Part shown: positions 1-8,786 of the stretch, one piece after another
Numbering within the stretch: position 1 is the first letter of the stretch
Layout: each line of letters opens with the position of its first letter
Virus record (IMG/VR): IMGVR_UViG_3300033153_011590
Span: 1 to 64,000 of that record
DNA length: 64,000 nucleotides
Reading direction: 5' to 3' (one strand)
Source of the DNA: an uncultured virus (IMG/VR IMGVR_UViG_3300033153_011590)
Taxonomy: Duplodnaviria > Heunggongvirae > Uroviricota > Caudoviricetes
Made by a program: the position numbers and the translations under genes
Notes under the pieces: model-generated
The model's input: only the letters and a program-made list of their open reading frames with translations
The model's database searches: none
Told to the model about the DNA's origin: nothing

Positions 1-2
1 AA

Positions 3-311
3 CTAAGCGATGAAGAAGTAGAGAAGTCCGCAACCGAATGTTATGAATATGAGCAACAAAAAGGAAATTTTCAATATGACAAAACGAGCATAAGACATGG
101 ATTTAAACAAGCTGTGTCAAAATACTGCATCTCTACTACCGCCCAACTCACAGAGGCGAAGGTGGTTAAAATAATACGTTCATTGGAATATTATAGGGAC
201 AAAGCAAGAGAAAATCCAAATGGTATGCCACACTTTTATATCTGGAGAGGCATTCAAAATAATATTACAAAACTAAAAGAAATCACCCAACAAGAAACGG
301 AGGAAAAATGA
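3..311 (+). CDS. Partial hypothetical protein, open to the left edge; modular 'QL(T/S)...QQETEE' family
   Basis: The frame of the 114..311 ORF stays open back to position 3 (LSDEEVEKSATEC...), so the gene begins before the window. Confidence 0.7.
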   Translation, partial: LSDEEVEKSATECYEYEQQKGNFQYDKTSIRHGFKQAVSKYCISTTAQLTEAKVVKIIRSLEYYRDKARENPNGMPHFYIWRGIQNNITKLKEITQQETEEK

Positions 312-919
312 AAAGACCAAGCATAGAAAATTACTTCCCAAAAGATTTTGGAATTGATAAAATAAATAATGTATTTCTAAAAAATGAAGGACTTTACAGG
401 TATATTCAGGCATTAGATAATTACATTGATGAATTTGAAGAAAAGCCACAACTTACAAAGGATGAAGTGGAAAGTATAGGATATGTAGAAAATACAACTA
501 TTAATGGAAAGATATATCCAATATTTTACAAGGGTATTTGGGATGGTGAAAAGGGTGTATTTAATGATGGGAAATTAATTGTTAGGAAAAGAGAATATAT
601 GTTTCCTCTTTCCCAACAAAGGCCACAACTCACAGATATTGATTTTATTGGTAGTATTCTTGAAAAAACATTACGAGGAAATGATAAATATTTTGTTGAG
701 TTTGAGAGCAAGGAGGATAACGAGAACTTTATACTTGACATAATTACTAACTTTAAAAAACAATTACAAGATGAGTAAAATAGATGAACTACAAGCATTT
801 GCAATTTGGATGACAGGATGTGGATATGATTTTACACAGCACGAATATTATCTAAAAAATAGACATCTTTTGGGAGAAGACTTAACTAATAAACCACAAC
901 TCATAGAGGCGAAGGTGGT
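144..919 (+). repeat. Direct repeat A (caactcaYagaggcgaaggtggt) at 144-166 and 897-919; partial copies at 446-457 and 623-636
   Basis: 22/23 identity by direct comparison. Confidence 0.9.
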
Positions 920-1018
920 GGAAATATTATTAAAACATTCCAGTAGGGGCATGGATAGATATTTAAGTGAGTATAATTATATTATAGTTGCCAAAGAAAT
1001 CATCCAACAAGAAACGGA
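276..1018 (+). repeat. Direct repeat B (aaagaaatcaYccaacaagaaacgga) at 276-301 and 993-1018; partial copy near 1064-1081
   Basis: 25/26 identity by direct comparison. Confidence 0.9.
308..778 (+). CDS. Hypothetical protein with two PQLT-initiated modules
   Basis: 156-aa ORF, ATGA overlap with the upstream stop. Confidence 0.75.
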   Translation: MKRPSIENYFPKDFGIDKINNVFLKNEGLYRYIQALDNYIDEFEEKPQLTKDEVESIGYVENTTINGKIYPIFYKGIWDGEKGVFNDGKLIVRKREYMFPLSQQRPQLTDIDFIGSILEKTLRGNDKYFVEFESKEDNENFILDIITNFKKQLQDE

Positions 1019-1166
1019 AGATTTAATCACATTATCAGACAATCTTGACAAAACAATCAAAGGACAAGAAACAGAAGAAAAGAGTGGAGTTTGTTTATGT
1101 AATCCATTCAAAGAGCAGAATGGTATTAATGGTTGTTGTACAGAATGTGGATTACCTATAAGTTAA
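771..1166 (+). CDS. Hypothetical modular protein with a C-terminal Cys-rich (CxC...CCxxC) segment
   Basis: 131-aa ORF sharing DNA repeats with the 3..311 gene. Confidence 0.75.
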   Translation: MSKIDELQAFAIWMTGCGYDFTQHEYYLKNRHLLGEDLTNKPQLIEAKVVEILLKHSSRGMDRYLSEYNYIIVAKEIIQQETEDLITLSDNLDKTIKGQETEEKSGVCLCNPFKEQNGINGCCTECGLPIS

Positions 1167-1173
1167 TGAAAGA

Positions 1174-1205
1174 GAAAAAGCCTCCGGGTCACCTGAAGGC
1201 TTTTC
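1174..1205. terminator. Intrinsic terminator-like hairpin, probably bidirectional
   Basis: gaaaaagcctccggg-tca-cctgaaggcttttc imperfect stem flanked by A and T runs, just after the 1166 stop. Confidence 0.6.
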
Positions 1206-1291
1206 ATAAGGCGAATAAACAAAAAATAAAACTTAATCTAAGGACTCCTTTCGTAGCCCTATAATTAATGAAAAAATTTATTTAGTTGTTA

Positions 1292-1299
1292 CAAATATA
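1292..1299 (-). promoter_or_regulatory. Bacteroidota sigma-A -7 promoter element TATATTTG, facing left
   Basis: Matches TAnnTTTG in intergenic DNA; the same TATATTTGTAA occurs at 58714-58724; no clear -33 TTTG. Confidence 0.4.
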
Positions 1300-1314
1300 T
1301 AAAAATAAAAACTC

Positions 1315-2091
1315 ATGAAAAAACTTTTAACATTAATTCTAATTTTATTCAGTGTTTTTGCATGGTCTCAAACAGCATGGATAAATGAATTTCATTATGA
1401 CAACACTGGTGTTGACCAAGATGAAATGATTGAAATAGTTTTGCAAGACTATGAAAACTATAATCTTAACACATTTAATATCAATTTATTGAATGGAGTA
1501 AACAACTCTGTTTACAATACAAAGACATTAGGTGACTATATTCTTGGAGATACACTTAGTAACTATGCTATTTACTACTATGTTTACCCGAAGAATGGAA
1601 TACAGAATGGCCCTGATGCTATTGAAATAACCCATAATGGTATACGCTTGGAAATTATAGGGTATGAAGGATATGAAGAAAACGATAGCATTTATGATAT
1701 TGGTCAAGAAACTGGTTCAACACCAATAGGTTTCTCATTGCAAAAAACAGATAGTCTTTGGGTTGTAGATACTGCTTCTCCCGGTAAAGTTAACACTCAT
1801 CAGACTATATTACCTGAAGAAGAACCTTATGATTGGGAAGCATATTTTGCTTTTCAACAAGCTCGCTATGATTCAATATGTGCTGCAAACGGACATACTT
1901 GGACTAAATCAACAGGTTCAAGTTATAAAGTATGGGGTTCACCAAAAATATCAGATTCAATCATATATGTAATTTTTCAAGATTATAGCTGTGAAATATA
2001 TGAATGTATAATATGTGGTGTTGATTCAATTCATTATCTACATTATGCTCCACCAGTATATGATTCAATAGTAACTTGGGAGGAACAGTAA
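1315..2091 (+). CDS. Secreted protein with a lamin-tail-like (LTD) domain and a C-terminal Cys/His segment
   Basis: Signal peptide MKKLLTLILILFSVFAWSQ; WINEFHYDN..DQDEMIEI and NGIQNGPD motifs typical of LTD domains in bacterial secreted nucleases. Confidence 0.65.
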   Translation: MKKLLTLILILFSVFAWSQTAWINEFHYDNTGVDQDEMIEIVLQDYENYNLNTFNINLLNGVNNSVYNTKTLGDYILGDTLSNYAIYYYVYPKNGIQNGPDAIEITHNGIRLEIIGYEGYEENDSIYDIGQETGSTPIGFSLQKTDSLWVVDTASPGKVNTHQTILPEEEPYDWEAYFAFQQARYDSICAANGHTWTKSTGSSYKVWGSPKISDSIIYVIFQDYSCEIYECIICGVDSIHYLHYAPPVYDSIVTWEEQ

Positions 2092-2093
2092 TT

Positions 2094-2270
2094 ATGGGAG
2101 ATAATAAAAATTTACATACAATCGGAACCATATTCAAAATAGGTGATAAATCTTATCTTTCAATAGATGATGGAAAATTTTATGAATTTATTGTAATGAA
2201 TGATACACCTGCATTGATAAAACTTAGTCCCAAAGAAACTGATGAATTAGCACATCTTTTACTTAAATGA
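2094..2270 (+). CDS. Hypothetical protein
   Basis: ATG at 2094 directly after the upstream stop. Confidence 0.6.
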   Translation: MGDNKNLHTIGTIFKIGDKSYLSIDDGKFYEFIVMNDTPALIKLSPKETDELAHLLLK

Positions 2271-2277
2271 AAACTGA

Positions 2278-2610
2278 ATGGTTAAACCAACTCATACTGT
2301 AGTTACAGACCTCAATAGAGATGAAATGTTTAAATTCAAAGAACGTAGACGTTTCTTTAATTATAAAGATAAAGCCCATTTTTATTTTGATAAAATATGG
2401 ATAAACAAACATCTCACAAGAGATGAAGCCTATCAGTGGCTTGCTAAGAGACTAAAAGTTACTGAACCTGAAGCTCATTTTTCAAATCTGAACAATGAGT
2501 TGTGCAAAGAAGCTATATTCTTCTGTCAGCAAATTCTAAATGATTTACGTAGGCTTGATTTGGATTGTGGGCTTGAGCCTTCTACACCCTTTTATATTTT
2601 ATACTCATGA
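2278..2610 (+). CDS. DUF3268-like protein (C-terminal helical part)
   Basis: AH..FD.IW....TR.EAY.WLA..L......H motif recalled for this family. Confidence 0.55.
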   Translation: MVKPTHTVVTDLNRDEMFKFKERRRFFNYKDKAHFYFDKIWINKHLTRDEAYQWLAKRLKVTEPEAHFSNLNNELCKEAIFFCQQILNDLRRLDLDCGLEPSTPFYILYS

Positions 2611-2951
2611 AAAAACCAACTAAAGGATTATGGTGGAATGACCCCAATCCTATTGAAAAAAATGATTATCTGATTGGTACACTAAGTCACATTGATGATG
2701 AAATGTGCTATATAACTTATAACGCAGGTCAATCTGAAGCTGAAGTACTTTATACTGAAATAGAGAATTTATCTGTAAGAAACTCTTTAAATGAACTTGA
2801 AAAATACAAGACAGAATCTGGTATGGGATGGATTTGCAGAATGTCACCAACCGGTAGAGGTTTGAGACTTCATCAAACTTCTATGGAAACTGCGAAACCA
2901 ACAGCTCAAGAAGCCGTTGATGATTTTCTAAACGAACAAAAAGATGAATAA
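2607..2951 (+). CDS. Hypothetical protein
   Basis: 114-aa ORF with ATGA coupling. Confidence 0.7.
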   Translation: MKKPTKGLWWNDPNPIEKNDYLIGTLSHIDDEMCYITYNAGQSEAEVLYTEIENLSVRNSLNELEKYKTESGMGWICRMSPTGRGLRLHQTSMETAKPTAQEAVDDFLNEQKDE

Positions 2952-3123
2952 CCTAAAATCTAAGAAAAGAATGCCAAAATGTAGTATATGTGGAAGAGAT
3001 GGAATCTATTATTATCATTATCCAATAGTACAGAAAACGCTTTACAGGTGTTGGGAACATGTTGGTCAAGATATTAATTGTACAGCAAAAATGCTCGGTG
3101 GCAAAAAAAGAAAGGAAAAATAA
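2944..3123 (+). CDS. Small putative zinc-finger protein, 59 aa, absent from the ORF track
   Basis: Hand translation MNNLKSKKRMPKCSICGRDG...YRCWEHVG...KRKEK*; CxxC...CxxH; fills the gap between its neighbours. Confidence 0.65.
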   Translation: MNNLKSKKRMPKCSICGRDGIYYYHYPIVQKTLYRCWEHVGQDINCTAKMLGGKKRKEK

Positions 3124-3125
3124 TT

Positions 3126-3305
3126 ATGGCATTATCTGATTGCCCTCATTGTTGGGAAACTCCTTGCGTTTGTGGATACTATTATAGGAATTATGACCCA
3201 GATAGATTATCCGAAATAGTAGTATCTATAGTAACTCACTTTCCACAAGAAGAAGCTGAGTTAATTATTGAAGATGCTCTATCTAAAGTTAAATCCAGAA
3301 CTTAA
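3126..3305 (+). CDS. Small Cys-rich protein (DCPHCWETPCVCG)
   Basis: ATG at 3126 follows the 3123 stop. Confidence 0.65.
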   Translation: MALSDCPHCWETPCVCGYYYRNYDPDRLSEIVVSIVTHFPQEEAELIIEDALSKVKSRT

Positions 3306-3316
3306 AACTTAAAATT

Positions 3317-4288
3317 ATGTTACCTAGCAAATTTCAAAAATGGAGAAATAGGACACACAATTGGTGTTTATCAATCAGATTTTGGTTGAAATGGCACATA
3401 ATTGGATGGCCTTCAGTTGAGAGGGGATACAAGAAAATTCGAAAAAAGGGCTATGGTAATAAACACAAAATAGCTTTTACTGAATTTATGCCTTTCCCTG
3501 AGAGTCCAACAAATTATGGTACTGCCAGACCAGATGTGGATTCAGTATTTAAACAGAAATGTTCCGAACTACATATTGATTATGCCTATTTTGACATAAT
3601 TAATAAAACTGCAAAAGGTTATGGTTGGGAGAAAATCCTTCCCGATGATACGAAAATACCTCCTAAAAAGGAATCACGACCTACAATCGCAGGACTATCG
3701 AATCTTGAACCTGTTGAATTAACTGAAATGTATTCAATAGAAATGGATTTTGATGATAATGCTCTTGGAGAGTGGCCCGCTTGGTGGTTTCTTATGACAA
3801 ACACTGAAGGTGAGACAGGCTACTATGAACTGGATATGATGGAAAAGTTTTATGGTAAAAAGAGTGAACGAAATCTTCTTACTACAAGTATTCATTTTAG
3901 CGAGACTACCAAAGACAAAGGTATGATGCATAATATGTCTTATAGAGTTAAAAGGTTTCGAACCATTCATCAGGCAGTTGAATTCTGTAAAAATGGTAAA
4001 ACTAAAATCTATATCAATGGTTCATTGGTATGGGTTGATTGGTTGTTTCCCCGTTGGTGTACAAAAGATAAGAATATAGTTATGATTCTTGGTTCTGGAC
4101 TAATGAAGGATGCATATCACGGAGAAACTAAAAAAAGACTCGAAAAGGGTAAATTTACCTTTGGAACTAACGAATTGTATCATCATTCAAAGACAAACAA
4201 TTATGTCAGAAAGACTAATCACACTTACATTAACAGAACTAGCAGAATTAGTAACTATTGGAGGCATATTCTCACTCGCATTGGCTAA
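3317..4288 (+). CDS. Glycoside hydrolase family 16-like protein
   Basis: WPAWW followed by ELDMME matches the GH16 WPAxW...ExDxxE catalytic signature; downstream beta-rich KIYING. Confidence 0.65.
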   Translation: MLPSKFQKWRNRTHNWCLSIRFWLKWHIIGWPSVERGYKKIRKKGYGNKHKIAFTEFMPFPESPTNYGTARPDVDSVFKQKCSELHIDYAYFDIINKTAKGYGWEKILPDDTKIPPKKESRPTIAGLSNLEPVELTEMYSIEMDFDDNALGEWPAWWFLMTNTEGETGYYELDMMEKFYGKKSERNLLTTSIHFSETTKDKGMMHNMSYRVKRFRTIHQAVEFCKNGKTKIYINGSLVWVDWLFPRWCTKDKNIVMILGSGLMKDAYHGETKKRLEKGKFTFGTNELYHHSKTNNYVRKTNHTYINRTSRISNYWRHILTRIG

Positions 4289-4457
4289 TCAGGCAGGAGC
4301 ACTAAATTTCAACCTTATTGAACAACTAAAACAAGGATATATTGTTGATTTGGGTATGAAATCGGATGAAGATGTTAAAAAAATGTATTCAGAATATCTT
4401 ATCGTCTTAAATTCAGCAAAAATACAATACGAACTTAAAAAAAAGAAAAATGAATAA
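4203..4457 (+). CDS. Hypothetical protein
   Basis: Probable start MSERLITL at 4203 after an A-rich leader; overlaps the upstream 3' end. Confidence 0.55.
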   Translation: MSERLITLTLTELAELVTIGGIFSLALANQAGALNFNLIEQLKQGYIVDLGMKSDEDVKKMYSEYLIVLNSAKIQYELKKKKNE

Positions 4458-5088
4458 TAAAAAACATAAACGAATAGTCAAAGTTTTTACCTTCAAAGGT
4501 GAAAAAGAAAGACTAATTACTATTGCTATTGGAGTTGAAAATATGGATTTTCCTTTTTATGGTGATATGTGGGGTATTACTATTGAATGGCGAGTAAATA
4601 AGTCTCTTGGTGAAAAAAGTGTAGATGCTATAATGGGAATTCGTCCATCTATGAATTTAATCGAAGCTTATGCTAATGATTGTTACCGATATATGATGAA
4701 CCATCCTGAAGAGTTTTATATTCTTTCCAAAAAGTCAGTAAAGGAAGAGTTAGAACTCAAAGAAAAATCTCGTAAGAAAGAACAAGAAAAGATAGATAAT
4801 GCAGAATCTGCCCGTAAAAATAAAGAAGCTATTGATAGCTTTCTTAATAAGAAGTCTAAAACAGAACAAGCAGTTAAAGCTGAAGTAAAGAAAAGAGAAA
4901 AAAGACCAATATCTGCTACAAATCCTATGTTGGCTGATAATCCATTAGCTAATATTGAATCTAAACCTGAACCTCGTAAAAAGAGGAGATATGTTCGTAA
5001 AAATAAAGAATATTGGGCTGATATTGATAGTGGTGCTAATACTCGTGGCAGACACGCTAAGAAATCAGCTCCAATACTCTCAGAGTAG
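4450..5088 (+). CDS. Hypothetical protein with a basic, Lys/Arg-rich C-terminus
   Basis: 212-aa ORF. Confidence 0.7.
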   Translation: MNNKKHKRIVKVFTFKGEKERLITIAIGVENMDFPFYGDMWGITIEWRVNKSLGEKSVDAIMGIRPSMNLIEAYANDCYRYMMNHPEEFYILSKKSVKEELELKEKSRKKEQEKIDNAESARKNKEAIDSFLNKKSKTEQAVKAEVKKREKRPISATNPMLADNPLANIESKPEPRKKRRYVRKNKEYWADIDSGANTRGRHAKKSAPILSE

Positions 5089-5113
5089 AAAATCTACTCC
5101 TTTCTCCTAATGC

Positions 5114-5178
5114 AGTTGTAAGTTGCTGATATTGTAGGTCGTTGGCACGGTGACCTACAATATAAAGTAACTTCAATT
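5114..5178. other. Long imperfect intergenic hairpin
   Basis: Core atattgtaggtc/gacctacaatat (12 bp), extended by aagttgct/agtaactt and agttg/caatt with G-U pairs. Confidence 0.75.
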
Positions 5179-5206
5179 AGCTTCAGGAAAATACTATATA
5201 CAATAA

Positions 5207-5473
5207 ATGGAAACAACAGTTAAACTCTTTAAGGTAAGAGACCATCATGCTAAGCATTGTTTACCTGTGAATTCTTTAAACCGAAACAAGATTATAAAAG
5301 TAACTATTGACTCGGTAGTTAAAGACAATCCGAACTTGTTTGATTCTTTTGAAGTCAAATTGACTTCTGGTAAGATGGAAACATTTCCTTATTCATTTTG
5401 TGGACATAATCATAAGAATGTTTTCATTCCTTTATGGTTATATCAGAAAATGGAAAAGGAAGGTCGGTGGTAG
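5207..5473 (+). CDS. Hypothetical protein
   Basis: 88-aa ORF. Confidence 0.7.
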   Translation: METTVKLFKVRDHHAKHCLPVNSLNRNKIIKVTIDSVVKDNPNLFDSFEVKLTSGKMETFPYSFCGHNHKNVFIPLWLYQKMEKEGRW

Positions 5474-5506
5474 AAAATGAATTATAAACCTTTAAAAAAT
5501 GTATAA

Positions 5507-5767
5507 ATGTCAGAATTAAATGGAACTACAAGAACTGACACCCAAAAAGCGAAAATAAAAGTTCGTCTGTTAAGAGGTAATACTATTACCCCAATACAGG
5601 CTTTAAATGTTTTTGGATGTCTAAGATTAGCTGCTGTAATTTTCAAGCTTCGTGATGAAGGTATGAATATTCATACCATTATAGTGAAAAATGAAAATAA
5701 GCAGTATGCAAAATATGTACTGGCTTCATTTAATGAAGACAGTAGACACGGAGTTAACACATTTTAA
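5507..5767 (+). CDS. Winged helix-turn-helix DNA-binding protein
   Basis: L..G.TITP.QA...FGC.RLAA.I..LR..G..I.T pattern of small phage wHTH proteins. Confidence 0.75.
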   Translation: MSELNGTTRTDTQKAKIKVRLLRGNTITPIQALNVFGCLRLAAVIFKLRDEGMNIHTIIVKNENKQYAKYVLASFNEDSRHGVNTF

Positions 5768-5777
5768 GCTAACGTGT

Positions 5778-7775
5778 ATGAGAAGAACAGTTTATGATAT
5801 TGAGATATTCAAGAATTTATTCCTTATTATATTTAAGGATATAGATACTGGAGAATATTTCGTATTTGAAATCAGTAAACGCAAAGATGATAGACATAAG
5901 TTAATTGTCTTTCTACAAAGCGTTAAGGAAATGATTGGATTCAACAATATTGGATTCGATTATCCATTACTGCATTTATTCATTAGACTGTATCTGAGAA
6001 ATCTGAAGGGTAGTGAATTAGTCACTGCCCTTTATAAGAAAGGTCAGGAGTTGATAGCCAGTAATAATAGGTGGGCAAATGCTGTTCGCAGACCTAGAAT
6101 TATTCAACGTGACTTATTTCTTATCAACCATTATGACAACTATAATAAGAGAACAAGTCTTAAAATCTTGGAGTTCAATATGATGATGGACACCATTCAA
6201 GAACTACCTTTTGCATTTAACAAAATACTTACTGATAATGAAATTACTATTATTGTTGAGTATTGTCATAACGATGTTGAAGCTACCTATGAATTTTATC
6301 TTCGTAACATTAAGAGTATAAAGTTCAGAGAGAAAATGTCAAATATGTACAAGTATAACCTTAGCAATTACAATGATGTCAAAATAGGAGGCGTAATCCT
6401 CTTAAAGGCTCTTAGTAAAGGTATGGGTATTTCAGAGCAAGAAATCAAGCCTATGAGGACTAAACGACCTTCTATGGCTGTATCTGATATTATCTTTAAC
6501 TACATCAATTTTCATAGTATTGAATTGAATACATTGCTGAATTGGTGGAAGAAGAGAATTATCTATAAAACTAAGGGACAATTCAATGAAATTCCTTTAA
6601 ATGAAGTACAAGAACTCTTGCCCTACTGTAATAATACTCTTAAAAAGAAAAAGCTGAAGAATCTTAATATTATTTATAATAGATTTCAGTTTGACTTTGG
6701 TACTGGTGGGCTACATGGAACATGTTATCCCGGTGTGTTTGAATCAAATGATGAATATGATATCTATTTAATTGATGCAAGTTCCTATTATCCAATGCTT
6801 GCTTATTATAATAGTTTACATCCATTACATATTCCAAAGGATATATTCTTGGACGTTATTAAGATGCTTTATGACCAGAGAATGAAAAGTAAAGATGAAG
6901 GAGATTTTGAAACAGTTGCTGGTATTAAACTTGCATTGAACGGTTATCTCTATGGTAATTCCAATAATGACCATTCTTTTATGAAAGACCCTCAGTTTAT
7001 GATGAGTATTTGTATTAATGGTCAACTTTTATTGACTATGATTGCTGAACAATGTATGTTACACGATATACAGGTTATTCAAGTGAATACTGATGGTGTA
7101 ATGGTTCGTTGTCATAAAAATAAGAGAAATATGCTTGATAAAATTACTGATGATTGGATGGAACTTACCAAGTTAAAATTGGATTATGATTATTTTGATT
7201 TAGTAGTTCAAAGAGATGTCAATAATTATTTAGCCCGGTATACTAATGGAGAAATAAAATACAAAGGTGTTTTTGATTTTGAGTATGCTGAGAATGGTGA
7301 TTGGCATAAAAATTTCAGTATGATGATTGTAGCTAAGGCTTTAAAGGCATACTTTGTAGATGGAATTAATCCCGAAATGTTTATTAAGAATCATAATAAT
7401 ATGTATGATTTCTTTTTAAGAACAAAATTTGACAAGACTACTAAATTGGTAGCAAGAACTTATAATGAAGATTGGATATTGACTAAGCAGGAATTATTGC
7501 AGAATGTCACTAGATATTACATATCTAAGAATGGACAAGAGTTCATTAAAATAATGAAACCACTAAAGGATAAAACTCAAGATAGAGAGTTTCAAGTAGA
7601 GGACAAATTCAAATGTAGAGAAATGAATGTCATAACAATGGAGAAACTGCGTAGAATGAGACAAGATTTGAATTATGATTACTATATCCAAAAGACACAA
7701 CAGATAATAAATGTAATAGAAGACTACATTCCTGTAGAGGAATTATCCTTTATAATTATTGACGATACTAAATAA
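5778..7775 (+). CDS. polB: Family B DNA polymerase with 3'-5' exonuclease
   Basis: ExoI YDIE, ExoII GFNNIGFD, ExoIII YCHND; polymerase motifs DASSYYP, KLALNGYLYG, QVNTDG; likely start MRRTVYDIE at 5778. Confidence 0.93.
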   Translation: MRRTVYDIEIFKNLFLIIFKDIDTGEYFVFEISKRKDDRHKLIVFLQSVKEMIGFNNIGFDYPLLHLFIRLYLRNLKGSELVTALYKKGQELIASNNRWANAVRRPRIIQRDLFLINHYDNYNKRTSLKILEFNMMMDTIQELPFAFNKILTDNEITIIVEYCHNDVEATYEFYLRNIKSIKFREKMSNMYKYNLSNYNDVKIGGVILLKALSKGMGISEQEIKPMRTKRPSMAVSDIIFNYINFHSIELNTLLNWWKKRIIYKTKGQFNEIPLNEVQELLPYCNNTLKKKKLKNLNIIYNRFQFDFGTGGLHGTCYPGVFESNDEYDIYLIDASSYYPMLAYYNSLHPLHIPKDIFLDVIKMLYDQRMKSKDEGDFETVAGIKLALNGYLYGNSNNDHSFMKDPQFMMSICINGQLLLTMIAEQCMLHDIQVIQVNTDGVMVRCHKNKRNMLDKITDDWMELTKLKLDYDYFDLVVQRDVNNYLARYTNGEIKYKGVFDFEYAENGDWHKNFSMMIVAKALKAYFVDGINPEMFIKNHNNMYDFFLRTKFDKTTKLVARTYNEDWILTKQELLQNVTRYYISKNGQEFIKIMKPLKDKTQDREFQVEDKFKCREMNVITMEKLRRMRQDLNYDYYIQKTQQIINVIEDYIPVEELSFIIIDDTK

Positions 7776-7812
7776 AAAAATCATGTTAACGTTATTCAAA
7801 CATAAAAAAACT

Positions 7813-8133
7813 ATGAAAAATATAAAAGGAGTAGGCGTTTCCGATGCTGATTTTAATATGTTACAGGAAATGTATATGAATACTGAGACAAAACAAGAAT
7901 TCGAAGATTGGGCAAGAAACCGAGTATTTGAAATGAGAGATAACAATTCCAGTGAAAAATTATATACCAGTAATAAAGGAAAAGTGATTGAACATCGCTA
8001 TGCAGAAGGTGTTCAAATGCCAGACGAAGGGGTAGAATCTGCAGATTCTTCTATAAGAAGAGTAAAAGAATATCCTACACTAAGAAAAATAATGTTAAAA
8101 GAAAAGTTTAAAAAAATGTCTATAAATACCTAA
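7813..8133 (+). CDS. Hypothetical protein
   Basis: ORF; start codon uncertain (7759, 7783 or 7813). Confidence 0.6.
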   Translation: MKNIKGVGVSDADFNMLQEMYMNTETKQEFEDWARNRVFEMRDNNSSEKLYTSNKGKVIEHRYAEGVQMPDEGVESADSSIRRVKEYPTLRKIMLKEKFKKMSINT

Positions 8134-8138
8134 CAGTT

Positions 8139-8447
8139 ATGAGCGAAGACAATTATGCATCATATGCTGGTCACAGACATAATTATCTTGATGGTAGAGA
8201 CCTTCCTCGTCATTTTGATAATAGAGACCCTTCTATTTCTTATTTCGAAGATGCATATAACAAGGAACGAGAAAGAAGAAAACATGTCGAACTTGAACTA
8301 GCAGAACTTAAAGATAAGCAACAACAAACAGGTATACAATCACCTGAGAATTCAATCGCTGAAGTGAAGAAACTCTCCACTAGGCGAAAATTAATAATCC
8401 ATAATAATTTTAAACAACATGGCGAAAAAACAAAAGTCAGTACGTGA
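8139..8447 (+). CDS. Hypothetical coiled-coil protein
   Basis: 102-aa ORF. Confidence 0.65.
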   Translation: MSEDNYASYAGHRHNYLDGRDLPRHFDNRDPSISYFEDAYNKERERRKHVELELAELKDKQQQTGIQSPENSIAEVKKLSTRRKLIIHNNFKQHGEKTKVST

Positions 8448-8745
8448 ACATCTGCTTACACAAAGCAAAAAAGCTCTCAAGAGAGCATTACTCCCTGTAA
8501 AGGTGAGGAAAGACCGTAACAAACTTGAAGGTTGGATTCTCGACAGAGAAGACGAAATTGATGGTCTTGAAATCAAGATTTCCGAACTCAAGTCTGATGA
8601 AAATCTGAATCCAAGTGCTATTCTTGAAGCAATTGATGCTTTAGAAGAAAAGAAAGTTCGTGTTGAACAGGGAAAAGACCTGCTTACTGAACTTTTCGTT
8701 GACCAGATTACAGTTGAGGAAGACGAAGACGACATAGACGACTAA
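8419..8745 (+). CDS. Hypothetical coiled-coil protein with an acidic tail
   Basis: 108-aa ORF, A-rich leader. Confidence 0.75.
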   Translation: MAKKQKSVREHLLTQSKKALKRALLPVKVRKDRNKLEGWILDREDEIDGLEIKISELKSDENLNPSAILEAIDALEEKKVRVEQGKDLLTELFVDQITVEEDEDDIDD

Positions 8746-8786
8746 TCCCGGTTATTTGTTAACTCTTTAAAAAAACATTTTAAAAT

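Noticed and set aside
144..1082. CRISPR array or DGR template/variable repeat pair
   Set aside because: Only two good copies of each repeat, irregular spacing, in coding frame; mismatches are C/T rather than adenine-specific; no reverse transcriptase or cas genes
5691..5777. N-terminal extension of polB given by the ORF track
   Set aside because: It overlaps the wHTH gene; the ExoI motif begins right after the ATG at 5778
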